This document shows positions 31,200-43,559 of a stretch of DNA of 64,000 nucleotides, piece after piece. Where the stretch lies: contig JAAOMT010000222.1 in NCBI GenBank assembly GCA_016748015.1, positions 499,924-563,923 of the forward strand, read 5' to 3'. Both the position numbers and the translations under genes were made by a program. This DNA is from Geosiphon pyriformis uo1 (lineage: Eukaryota > Fungi > Glomeromycota). Numbering within the stretch: position 1 is the stretch's first letter; each line of letters starts with the position of its first letter. The notes under the pieces are model-generated. The model did not search any database and was not told the origin of the DNA. It saw only the letters and a program-made list of their open reading frames with translations.

Positions 31200-34100
31200 G
31201 TGGCAGAATCAGAAAACATAAGAGCAAACCATTTAGGATTTGCTAAATCCTTGTTTCAACAATACAGCCAACAATTAAGATTAAACAATAACCATTTCCC
31301 AGTGGAATCAGCTTTTAACTTCTATGTCAACAATAAAATCACAAACTGTTTAAGAAGAACAGTTAACATTGAATCTGCAAGAGAAAATTTCTATACAGAA
31401 TTATTTCAACATACCAGCTTACTAAGAAACTACAGTTTCGCACCAATTATCAGGGAAATCAATCAAACCATTGAAAAATACATACAACAACAATTTTCCA
31501 TTACCTACGCAGACAAAAACAAAGAAAGGTTGCAAACACCAGCAATAACATCAAAACAAATACAACTACCTACTTAGAAGAAAACCAGAGTTAAATCACC
31601 AACAAACTCATCATACCACTATACACTCAGAAGTGCCATTAACATCTTATCAACAGGCACATTTACATCATATGTGACATCAACATTTAGACAACTCCTA
31701 TTTCAAAGTAAACAAAAGAAAGCTGAATTACTAGGAATCTATGGCAATTATTTTGAAAGATTTAAATTACAATTGCCAATGCCATCAGAATTCTGATTAC
31801 TGCCACTTTAACCAGATTTCGGAAATGTGAGTTCCTAAAAGATAATAGAATCAGAAGGAGAAAAAGAAGAAGAAGAAGCCAAAAATTAAGAATTTACTTA
31901 TCTTAGAAAATCTGGAAGTTGAAACTCCGAACATTCAAATCCAGCAAACTCAAAACAATCCAAACCCCAAAACAATTAATCAGAAAAACTTACCTTCAGT
32001 AATTATCATCAATCAACCACCAATTGAATTAATTATTGAACTGATTCAACAACAGCCACTTCAACTGCCCCAACAATTACAACAGTCACTTCAACAGCTG
32101 CAACAACAATTACAAACACCACAACAACAACAACAACAACAACAACAACTAAACTTGAATCCAATGGTCTACACTCCAATAGCAAAACTGGAGAAGTTTA
32201 CCAGCAAAGAAAATGATGCCCAAATATGGTCTAACAACATTGAAAAAGCCATCACAGCAAATGGATAGAATAATGCGAAAGCCCTCCAAGCCATCTCTTA
32301 CTTTCTTCAGGATACCACTGATTCATGGTATCAAAGCTTAGCCAACAAATCCCAAGATTTCAATGCATTCAAGCTTGCATTCCTACAATATTTTAGTAAT
32401 AATAATAGCATCAATCAATTAGCAAACACTTTTACCACCATTAAACAAGGAGAAAATGAAGCAGTTACTACTTACTTAGGATGCTTTTACAGAAATCTGC
32501 ACTAAATCTAGGCCATACAGGCTGATTATTTCACAGTACCACAAATTCTAAATCAATTCATCAGAGGCCTGTGCAGTAGTATCCTCCAATGCATGCACCT
32601 AATACATCCAGCAGATCTTCAAGCCACAGTTACAAATGCCAGAGATTTTGAAGCCACTGAACTTGAAGCTAACCATGCCTAAGCCATTAATCTAGTAATG
32701 AATGGATCATTTGAATTGGATTCTAAATTGAAACAATTTAGTGATTTTATCAATCAGAAATTAGAGAGATATTTAGCTAACAATCATGCAATTTATTAAC
32801 CACCACAATAATGCAATAATTTCAGAAATACAAATTATTTCCAGAGTCAGTTGCATCTAATATCCTCGACCAATCAACAGTGGCAGCAGAAGACATGTGT
32901 TTGCCACTATTGTGGTAAACAAAGACATTACAGTTTGAATGCAGTAAATGGCTAAATGAACAAAAATCAGGCCATTAGTATTGAAACTTTGATTGCTGAC
33001 TACAAACTCAAAATTACATCAGTAATTAATTAACAGAACTGTATTAACCAAATTACTTACCTATAACACAACAGTCAATCTATCAACCACTAATTTATCA
33101 GTCAACAACACCCATCATCTATCAACCACAGCCCCAACCTATTTATCAGCTACAGCCTTAGGTAATTTATTAGCCTCAACAAATTCAAGCACCACTACAG
33201 AACTTACCTCAAAACAAAACCCAAAGACCAAAACTGACACAACAAAGCTGGAGATTATCAATAGTAGTCCATCAACCGATCCCCAGTTCCTTAAGCCAGC
33301 CATTAGAATCTCAACAATGGAATTTGGGCACCAAGAACTCCCAAAACCCGAATTCCCAACACTATTTAAGTCTTCTGGTCTCCTCAAAAAATGCCCAACC
33401 TGATAACCCAGAAACCAACCAACAACCAATACTTACCAGCAATATTCTACCAGCTACTATTACTGAGAATGAATCATTGAACACCATTTTCCTGTTTGAA
33501 CTCAAAGAAATGTTATCCACACCATTATTTAGTGGAGTCACTCTGAAAGAAAAACCTATTACTGCTATGTACACTAATGCCAAAGTTGATGGCCACTTCA
33601 TCAAACTGATCCTAGACAGTAGATCAGCTGACAGCATCATTACAAAACAACTCATAGACCAATTAAGTTGCCAAGTTGATCAAACTGCTAGTGCCAAGAT
33701 TATAACTGCTGATGAAGCAACCAAAATTCCTATTGGTGAGATTGATGACTTCCCTATTGAAGTCAATAGTATTATTGTCCCAATCAAAGTATTGGTCATG
33801 AAAGCCACCCAATACCAAGCACTTGTTGGTAATAATTGGCTATCCAAAACTAACATGTTGCTTGATTGGAATATGCAAGAGCTTCAAATTAGCCAGAACA
33901 GCTAATACACATGTATACCAGTTACATGTGGCCATTTCAAGACCACCAATTTGACAACACCATTCATTGAGTTTGAGAAAGAAGAGAAAAAACCTACCTG
34001 AGAAGCCTATCAAGTGTCATGGGCTGAAAAAGACCACAACGAGTTACCACCAATACTCTTCTGGGATGATAGCAGAAAAGAGAAGAAAAAGAAAGAACTT

Positions 34101-37100
34101 ATCTGGAACACTGACTAAGAATGGAAAACTAACAATAACTCAAATGAACTACTAATCTGGAAATAAGAAAAAACTGACAAAAGAAAAGAAAAAAAGAAGG
34201 AAGAAGATCTAACTGAAAGAACCACTGCCACAGAAGAGATAACTAGTGGCTGGGAAAAAGAATACTCATGGGAACCAATAAAAGAGCCACCATATATACC
34301 TCTCAAATGCAAAGACTGTGAGAAGAAACTTTCTTTCATAAGAACTTGAGTGGTACCAGACAAAGACTACTAGACACACACACATTATTACTGTAAGCCA
34401 TGCCATAAAAAATGGTACAGGTACCCAAAATGTCAAAGAAAGTAGGACAATAAACCATGTCTTACTTGTGGCGAACAGTTGCTTGATAAAAGAATATGGA
34501 ACAACATTCCTGGATGAAAAAAAACATACAATACTTTGTGCCAATACATGATTCTTATCAGTGACTGGGTAAGTTGTGAAACACCTATTACTGCAGTCTG
34601 ACACCAAGCAATTAATTGCTTGGATGGATATCTACATGATAAGAACAAGATCTGGCATATGACCAATGCCAAAATCAAAGAAGCCATGTTCAGCAAAATC
34701 TTAAAGATCAAGAACTACCTATCAGAACCAGTTGATATTGTCTTCATTCCAAACTCAAATGCTTTTCTTGACATAGAAACAGGCCCAGAGGAGTTTCATG
34801 AACACTACCAAAATTTGGCACCCACCAGAGAAGAGCAAGAACAACACTTAGAAAAAATAAACACCCAATTATGTGACCACTGTCTGATCTCATGTGACTT
34901 CCAGTATTGTAATAAGTGTGATCTTATCTACAATCTGCCACCACACATGATCTACACAATTCTAAAGAAAAATGAACCAATCAGCCACTGTGTATTGGAA
35001 TTGGAATCAACTTTCAACTCCAATTCAAACTTCGACAACGATGATAATAAAAACAATAGTTCCAGCTCTGCTCAATATAACAACAAAAATAACAACAATC
35101 CAGACCCCAATTCAAACCATGAAACATATATTGCACTCCCTAACTTTATCAAAAAGTAGGAATTAAAATGGTTCAGCAATAATAACAAAAGTATTAGGCC
35201 TGAACACATGCATAATACTGATGCAGAGTTTAATCTAAGATATCTAGAAAAAGACCCCATCAAATTGGAACCACATTTGCATACTTGCATTGATCTGAAA
35301 ATAGCACTGGAAATTCTAGCAACAACAATGGTTCAACTAGCATCCAGAAGTAGTTTAGCAAAAAAGGGGATCAACATCAGAGGAGGAATAATTGATGCAG
35401 GATATATAGGAAATATCATTGCTATGCTACAAAATAACTCAGAAAAAACATATATTATAGATCCAAATAAAAAGATAGCACAGGCAATCTTCCTACCTCT
35501 GATGAAAGTAGCTCAGCTAGTGTTAGTGAGAAACAGGGAAAAATTAGGAATTACAGTTAGAGGGATACAAGGATTCGAATTAATGGGTAGAATAGATGTA
35601 ACAGTTAATATGGCAGAGGAAGAAGTTATTGACAAAGGAGAAATTATTTTAATCCATCAATCAATTTCTATTCCACTATATAACTAGCATATGTTAGCCA
35701 TAAAAAGAGAAGTAAAGAATCAAGCTCAATTGTTTAAAGCAGAGGCCACTATTTGCAAATCAGAAGAAATTGGACTCACTAATCTCTACATATCAGCCAA
35801 AAGCCCCAAAAACATCACAATTCCCATCTACAACACAATAGAAAGTGTCATTAAAATACCAAAGGGAACTATCATTGGATATTTAACCACCAAAGTTGAG
35901 GATCAACTACCAAACCATATTCCAGATTTTCCACAGCTTTGCAAATATGTGGACATTACATCACAAACCATCTATGAATGAAGTAAATGTTATCTGCTCC
36001 AATCAGAACAATTAGAACAGATAAACATGGAGAATCTAGACCCACTCCAACAGATGCAACTAAAGATGTTACTCAGCAATTTCAATGACATCTTTGTTAG
36101 CAAAAATGAATTTGGCCACACCAACATTATCCAGCATCAGATCAAAACTGGAGATGCAATGCCAATTAAACAAAGAGCATACAGAGTACCACCAGCTAGC
36201 CATGAGATCATTCATCAAGAAATCAATCAGATGCTTAACAATGGGCTAATTCAGCCATCAATGAGTCCATGGTCATCACCAGTAGTACTAGTCTGGAAGA
36301 AAAATGGGAAAATCCGTTTTTGTGTGGATTATCAAAAACTTAATAGTATTACTCATAGAGATAGTTATCCAACTCCATGGATTCAAGAGTTATTTGATGC
36401 TTTCAGTGGAAATAAATGGTTCTTAACATTAGATCTAAATAGTGGTTACTGGCAAGTAGCCATGAATTCAGCTGACAAAAAAAAGACTGTATTCACAACA
36501 AGAGAAGAGAATTTTGAATTCAAAGTCATGCCATTTGGCTTAATAAACACTCCAGCAATGTTTCAACAGCTCATGGAAATTGTCTATACTGAATTACTAT
36601 GGAAATCAGTAATTGTATACTTGGATGACACCAATGTATTCTCAAAAACATTTGATGATCATTTGCATCATTTCCAACAAGTGTTTGAAAAACTAAAAAG
36701 AGCCAGATTGAAACTAAATACAACCAAATGTTTCTTTAGAAAAACTGAACTCAGGTTTTTGGAACATATGGTGAGCAAAGATGGAATCAAAACAGATTCA
36801 GACAAGATTGAAGTAGTTAAGAACTTTCCAGTACTAACCAACTTAACAGAATTAAGAGCATTCTTGGGGTTTGCAGGCTATTATTACTGTTTTATTAAAG
36901 ACTTTTCAAAACTGGCTTAGCCACTTCACCATCTACAAACCAAGAATATAAAGTATAAATAGACTGAAGCTCAATAAGAAGCATTCGACATATTAAGAAG
37001 AAAGCTTATTCAAGCTCTAGTATTGATGTATCCAGATCACAGAAAACCATTTATAATCACCACTGATGCATCAAGTCAAGCATTGGGAGTAGTACAATCA

Positions 37101-37421
37101 CAAAAAAAACTGGATGAAAGAGAGCATCCAGTAGCTTATGTCAGTAGAAGCTTAAGTTCAGCAGAAAAAAACTATAGAACTTCAGCACTGGAACACTTAG
37201 CTATCTACTGGGCTGTCATCAAATAGAAAAAATACTTGAGTCAGAAGTTTGATGTATACACTGATCACAAAGGATTGACTTCAATCCAGAAACAAAAATT
37301 TGGAGATGATCACCATGCCAGATGGAAAATAGAACTTGCACTATTTAATTATACAGTATATTATAAAAAAGGAAAAAAAAATAGAAATGCTAATGGATTG
37401 TTGTGAATGAGACAAATCTAA
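31200..37421 (+). pseudogene. gag-pol: Element D ORF1 polyprotein; RT core open at 36027-36920, dUTPase at ~35199-35585
   Basis: GTG start, LILDSRS, RSSLAKKGINIRGGIIDAGYIG, YLDD, TTDAS, ending MRQI*. Confidence 0.93.
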
Positions 37422-37451
37422 AAACATTTTAACCCAAAAATATAACAAAAA

Positions 37452-38828
37452 ATGAATATACAAAAATACCAACAACTCCAACATTATATAAATACTCAAT
37501 TGTTCAAAGAAAAATTATCTCAAAAGAAACAAAACAACATAAAACAACAATCAAAATATTTAATCAACTACCAAAATATACTTTACCAGAAAAACAGAAA
37601 GAACCCAGATCAACTAATTAGAGTAATTACAGAACCAAAAAAAGAGACAATATTGTTTAATATGTACTCAGATTCAACAGCAGGACATTTTCATAAAGAA
37701 ACAACCATGAAAAAAACCAGAAAGAAATACTATTGGCCATCAATATATCCAGACATCATTCAATATGTTCAAAATTGTGATGCTTGTTAGAAAAAAGGAG
37801 GAATAAGACCAAGTGAACCATTAAGACTAATCAAAGTGGGACAACTATTTGACTGTATTGGAATTGATTTAGTTGGACCATTAACAATCACCAGCAGAGA
37901 AAACAGATACATAGTGGTAGCTATGGACTATCTCACTAAATAGCCAGAGGCAAAAGCAATTCAAAGAGCAGATGCAGAATCTGTTGCTGAATTTGTTCAT
38001 CAAGATTTGATTTGTCGACATGGATGTCCAAAAGAACTATTATCGGATCAAGGAACTCACTTTGTGAATAGAATATTAGCAGAATTAAGTTGGAGATTTG
38101 GAATCAAAAGATCATTATCATTACCATACCATCCACAAACAAATGAGTTAGTTGAAAGGTTTAACAGAACATTGTGTGAAGCAATTGTCAAGATCAGTTA
38201 AAAAAACCAGGACAAATAAGATTTGTTTATACCATTAGTATTATTTGCTTATTGGACAATGAAACAAAACACTACACAAACAACACTATTTGAATTAGTA
38301 TATGATAGAACAACAACATTATCAGTTAAGATAAAAGTCAATACTTATCCAGTAGAACCAATAATTGAAGATAATTTTCAGGAAACATTGCTAAAAAAAA
38401 CATATGACTTGATGAAAACTCTAGAAAACAAGTAACGAAAAGCAGCTGATAATATTCAAAAGTCACAAAAAAAACAAAAAAAAAGACATGATAACCAACT
38501 ACCAAATAAACCAGTTGAATTCAAGATTGGAGACAAAGTACTTTTATATCATACCAAAGTGGAAAAACAATGGAGTGGAAAATTTGACCCCAAATGAAAT
38601 AGACCATTTCACATAGAAAAAATTCTTGGAAATGAAGCTTATAAACTAAGATGAGACAACAAAATCTTAGCCAAAATAGCACATAGTGATCAACTAAAAC
38701 CATATTACCATATAGTGTCACCATCTACCAGTGATATTCTACAATTAGAAGTACAGAGAATATTAGTTTAACCAGATGAAATTCCATGAGATCTGAAACC
38801 AATCATAATCATTGGACCAAACACGTAA
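37452..38828 (+). pseudogene. Element D integrase (stand-alone ORF2)
   Basis: MNIQKYQQ..., GH...CDAC, IGIDLVGP, LSDQG, LVERFN. Confidence 0.92.
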
Positions 38829-38858
38829 AATTAAATAATAGAAAGAGTATATAAAGAC

Positions 38859-39527
38859 ATGGTAGACACGACAGAAGACATCTAAAAAATAGAAATTACT
38901 AACAACATTCACTCACTAGTACAACAACTCTTTCAATTAATTCAACAACAAGAAATAGAGATCACAATCAATCAACAAACTATTAGATACACAAATACTA
39001 GAAAAAAACCATGGGATAAAGTACAGAGAAAAACAGAAAACACTGTTGACAAAATAATGGCAAAAGTGAAACTGGTGATAGAAACACAATCCAAAATCAC
39101 CCAATATCAAGAGTTAACTATAGAAACCTGGAATTAGTGGATATAACAATTTCCAAAAAACTTTTGTTACTTTTACTTATAACAATATGTGAATATCCAA
39201 AATTTATACATGGATAAAACAAAACAATTATTTGACACAAAAATACTACAACAACTAGAACAATTTATGGGGAAAAACAATTTAACCACACAAACAAGAG
39301 CCATTTATTGGCTATATATTGGATTTTAAGATTGACCAGAAATCTTGCTCAACACTAAAATGGATATTGTTACTGTCAACCAAATGGGAAAAATAACCAA
39401 TGCCCAATTTAAAGAATTACAGGACAAGATAACACAAATAATTCTCGAAAAAAAAATTCAAGAACTACTCAAAAATGGAGAATTAGAGCTAAGAGATTTA
39501 AGAGATTTCAACAAAGCTCAATATTAA
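38859..39527 (+). pseudogene. Element D ORF3
   Basis: Homologous to ORF3 of B; ends DLRDFNKAQY*. Confidence 0.82.
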
Positions 39528-39540
39528 AAGGAGGGAATAA

Positions 39541-40401
39541 TGTTATTCATAAAATATAAAAAAGATATTAGTATATAGATTAGCCAATCAGAAGTAGCTA
39601 TAGTAAATGTGGAATTTTAGAATTTCTCTTAAGAGGAATTGCAAGATTCCAGAAATTTCAGGATTCTTATACAAAGAATTGCAGGATTGCGAGATTCCAG
39701 GATTTTTCTCAAAAAAAATTGCAGGATTGCAGGAATTCCAGGATTCCTGGTGTAAAAAATCAAAAAATTGAGGAATCTCAATTATGTATATATAGTAGTA
39801 GTGTTAAAAGTAGAAAAAACAGACCTTCCAGTTTAGATTTGTTCTAAATAACCTTTTACATTAATAAATAACTATTTGTTATCTTAATCTACTCTCTACT
39901 ATTAACACTACATGTTAATAGCAATTAATACTTAACCACATTGGAACAATAACTCTTAATCATGGCTATTGACAGAATACTAATTTGCAATTGCTTTTAA
40001 TTGTTTTCTTATTTTCTTTTATTTTCTTTTATTTTGTTATTTTTGTTGAGGTTACTAATTGATTGAAGATTAAGCACTGAGTTACTAATGTCAAGGATAG
40101 TCTGGTAAAAGACCCCAAAGGAAAGGTATAAGAATTATATATTAACAGCTAGCTTACCAGAAGAGCATCTCTGCCAGATTACCGGCCACCATGCTGAAAA
40201 AAAAATTCGATGGAATTGTGATTCTGAGAAGCTACTGAAAAGACAACATTGAATCTCTGTCCATTATACAAAGAACTCAATTAAAACCTTCAGATAAAAA
40301 CAACATAACAATATTACCACCATTATCCATCAGATTAGTTACTGAGCACCAAGTTACGAATTTGTTATTTGAATTGAGACCCCAAATAATCAATTATAAC
40401 A
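39541..40401 (+). repeat. Element D 3' LTR (861 bp)
   Basis: TGTTA...TAACA termini, preceded by PPT AAAAGGAGGGAATAA. Confidence 0.95.
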
Positions 40402-40559
40402 TCATACAAAACAAGAGTCATCATTATTCATATCTCAACTAGGAACACAAATTCCATTAATCAGACCTAAAAATATATCACAAGATTTAGAACCAATCAT
40501 TATTATCAAAACATAATTAATATATGACTATTTAATTGAAAAATTTAAGTATATATAAC

Positions 40560-41366
40560 CATCAAAACAACAAAAATAAATTGATAAAACTTGCAACATA
40601 AACTTTTTAAATCAAATTTTACAACTCTCAAAACAACTATTTGATACAATTCAACACTTCATGGCTCAAATAAAAATCACAATTGATAAAAGAGAGATAT
40701 GATACAAAGACAGGAAAAAAAAAGATGAACAAGAGTTCAATTAGAACTAAATGATCTTATCCCTATGAACAACTTCATATCCCAGTGATCAGTGCTCTGC
40801 ACAAAAATTAAGGAAAAGGGAAAACAAAAAGAAAAAAAAAATACATTATGAGAAAAACCCAACACAAGTAAGGAGAGGAGAAAGATAACAGAAACAGATA
40901 CATCTTGGGTGAAGCTCAAAAAAATTAAAAAAGCTTTAAGCAGAATAACTGAAAAACCAGCAACAGGAAAATAGACACCAAAAAATGCCAAAATATGAAA
41001 AAAAAACTGTCACTAGTCTACTGGTTCTATAAGATTAGTAAACAACTAGAACTGAATACATCATACAAAAACCACAACTGTCAAACATTCAACAAAGTGG
41101 CTTTCAAACAAGTAGAAAAATTTATAGGAAGAAGCAACCTAATACTGAATTACAAAGCAACATACTGCTTATATTTAGTATTCAAACACTGTTCAGCTAT
41201 ACAACTAGACAGCTTGTTAACAACTATTATGATCAACAATATAAGACAAATAACAAATAATTAATTTAAAGATCTACAAAAAACAATATTCAATATTACA
41301 ATCAAATATTATATAAAGAACACAGATTTTATAGACACATACAATTTTGCAAAAGCTCAATTCTAA
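40560..41366 (+). pseudogene. Element C ORF3 (divergent, with a Lys-rich insertion); start approximate
   Basis: YWFYKISKQLEL...ATYCLYLVFKHC...NNIRQITNN*FKDL...NFAKAQF* aligns with ORF3 of A and B. Confidence 0.7.
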
Positions 41367-41380
41367 AAAAAAAGAGATAA

Positions 41381-42364
41381 TGTTATCTGAGTAAAAAACC
41401 AATCCAAAATTATAAAAAAAATGTGACCAAAAACATAATGACATGAAATAACACAGGATAATACAAAAAAATACAGAATAATATGTAATAACTCAAAATA
41501 ACATAATACAAAACTTGATAATATGTTATAGCACAAAATAATTAGTTAAAACAAAGGATAACTAGTAATAATGTAGAAAAATAAAGTGATAACAGAAATA
41601 GTGAAACAATAGCTAACAAGAATGAAACAATTATAAAACAATCCTGTAGAACCAAAAAATATATATAAAAATGAGTAATTATAGAAGTTAGAAAGACAGC
41701 CAGACAAAAATCAATTTTCCTCTCTCTTATAATTATTACATCATACAAAAATAAAAGACTTATTTAAAAAAACACAAAATCATTAATACATAGTTATTAA
41801 TCATTTTGTGTTTGAATTAAACTAATTTTTGTTTTATACTTTTGTTCCAAGACAAATGCTCTTAGCATAAATACCTCAAATCTTAATAACCTGAACCAAT
41901 TGCTCTTGATTATAGTAATTGACAATATTAATTTTTATTTTATTTTATTTTTTTTTATTTTTTTATTTTTTATTTTCTCTTGTGGAGTGGCAACATAGAA
42001 AAATTGACTGTTTGGGAATAGACTTCATGATAACCTGGTAAAAAAAAAGCTTTTCCTAAGTTTGAATATTAATATTATCTTGGTAGCTTACCAGAAAGAC
42101 AAAAAATATCACCAGACCCTAACAACTATGTTTGTTAGCTCAAAGAAAATAACTCATATTTACATACAAAAAGTTGCAATACTATAAAATATTTCTTTGT
42201 GCCTTATAACCAAAGAATTCTACAGATAAATATACATCTGAAGAAAGATCTTTAGAGACTAATAATTAAAACCAACCATACTACAAAAACCAATTAAAAG
42301 TCTATAAAACTCGAATTAAAACACTAAACATTACCACTATACTTCATTAAATTTATTCATAATA
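41381..42364 (+). repeat. Element C 3' LTR
   Basis: Starts TGTTATCTGAG after an eroded PPT; aligns to 12322-13309. Confidence 0.9.
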
Positions 42365-42368
42365 ATGT

Positions 42369-42643
42369 CAAATTTTATGTTAAGACTGTTGCTTCTGTGT
42401 CTTCTTTGGCTTTTTGTTTTTTTGTTGGTTTAGCTTCTTCTGTTAATATAATATTTATTAACTTTGTGGTTTTTTTTTAGTTAATTTCTCTAGAATTTGA
42501 GTTGGCCAAGCTTTTTGTTTTGGTTAATTCCATTGTTAAGCCAGTTGGTTCTATAATCAAAGTGTTTGAATAATTTGTTAATAAGAATTTGGATTCAAGT
42601 AGTGCTCTTGGCCTTAAAGTCAATAAAACTATAATATATATAG
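42369..42643 (+). pseudogene. Decayed LINE-like ORF1, segment 3
   Basis: Continues segment 2 (FYVVGV|KFYVKTVAS...ELAKLFVLVNSIVKPVGS). Confidence 0.55.
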
Positions 42644-43547
42644 TATTATAAATAATTATTTGGAGTGTTAAAACAAATAACTAGTAATATTAGTAATTTC
42701 TGAAGGTTTTGAAGTCTGAAAATTTTGGTTAAGTTTTTTGTATAATAGACAGAAATTTAATTAATGGTTTTTTCTGTAAATTTTTTTCTTTAGCATAATG
42801 GCCAGTTTATTCTAACAGTTATGTCTTTTTGATAAGCTATTTTTAAATTTCTATTCTTATTTTCAGATTTTTTACCAGACTATTTTTGACATCAAATACT
42901 CAATGCTTAATTTTTTTAATCAATTAGTAAACAACAAAAAAACAAAACAACAGAAAATAAAAAAAAATAAAAAAAAGAAAATAAAAAATTAGTATTCTAT
43001 TAATAGCCATAATTAAAAACTATTGGTTTAGTGTGATTAAGTATTAAATTTTATTAATATTAAGTATTAATAGTGTGGAATTAATTAATATTTCTTAATC
43101 AAGTAATGATAATATAAATTCAGATAATAATTAATATTTTATTAATATATAGTTTAATTCTATTTTAAGTTGTAAAAAACTATTTTTTGAAGAAAAAAGT
43201 ATTGGTAATTAATGGATTTTAACTAATTTGCTCATATTAATTCTGTCTTTTTTACTTTTAATACTTTTGCTATATATACATAATTTTTGTTATACAAGAT
43301 TTTGTATTTTTTTAAGCAATATGTTCTATTTTCTTTAACAATGTGCTTATTGCTAAGCAATATGCCATAATTTTTTAATAATATGTTTATTGCTAAGCAG
43401 TATGTCATAATTTACTAATAATATGCGCATTGCTAAATAATATAATTTTTTAACATTGTGTTTTCTTATTAAGTACTATTTTCTTATTAATTTATTTTTC
43501 TATCTGTTTTTTCTACTTTTTTTCTTGTACTTTTTTTATAAGTAATA
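42644..43547 (-). repeat. Element E 3' LTR
   Basis: Aligns to 47513-48416; eroded PPT at 43548-43560. Confidence 0.88.
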
Positions 43548-43559
43548 TTATTTTTTCTT

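Larger units (their letters stand above)
30408..40401 (+). mobile_element. Element D: Ty3/Gypsy-type LTR element nested in the integrase tail of C
   Basis: 4-bp TSD TCAT (30404-30407, 40402-40405); LTRs 30408-~31196 (truncated) and 39541-40401; PPT 39526-39540. Confidence 0.96.
12322..42364 (+). mobile_element. Element C: older Ty3/Gypsy-type LTR element interrupted by B and D
   Basis: LTRs 12322-13309 and 41381-42364; TSD GTGT/ATGT (one transition); RT resumes across B (VVLIT|KKNEKIRF) and IN resumes across D (LKIYH|TKQE). Confidence 0.92.

Noticed and set aside
32040-32150. CAA microsatellite as an independent repeat
   Set aside because: It is poly-Gln coding sequence in the Gag linker, also seen in B, C and F.
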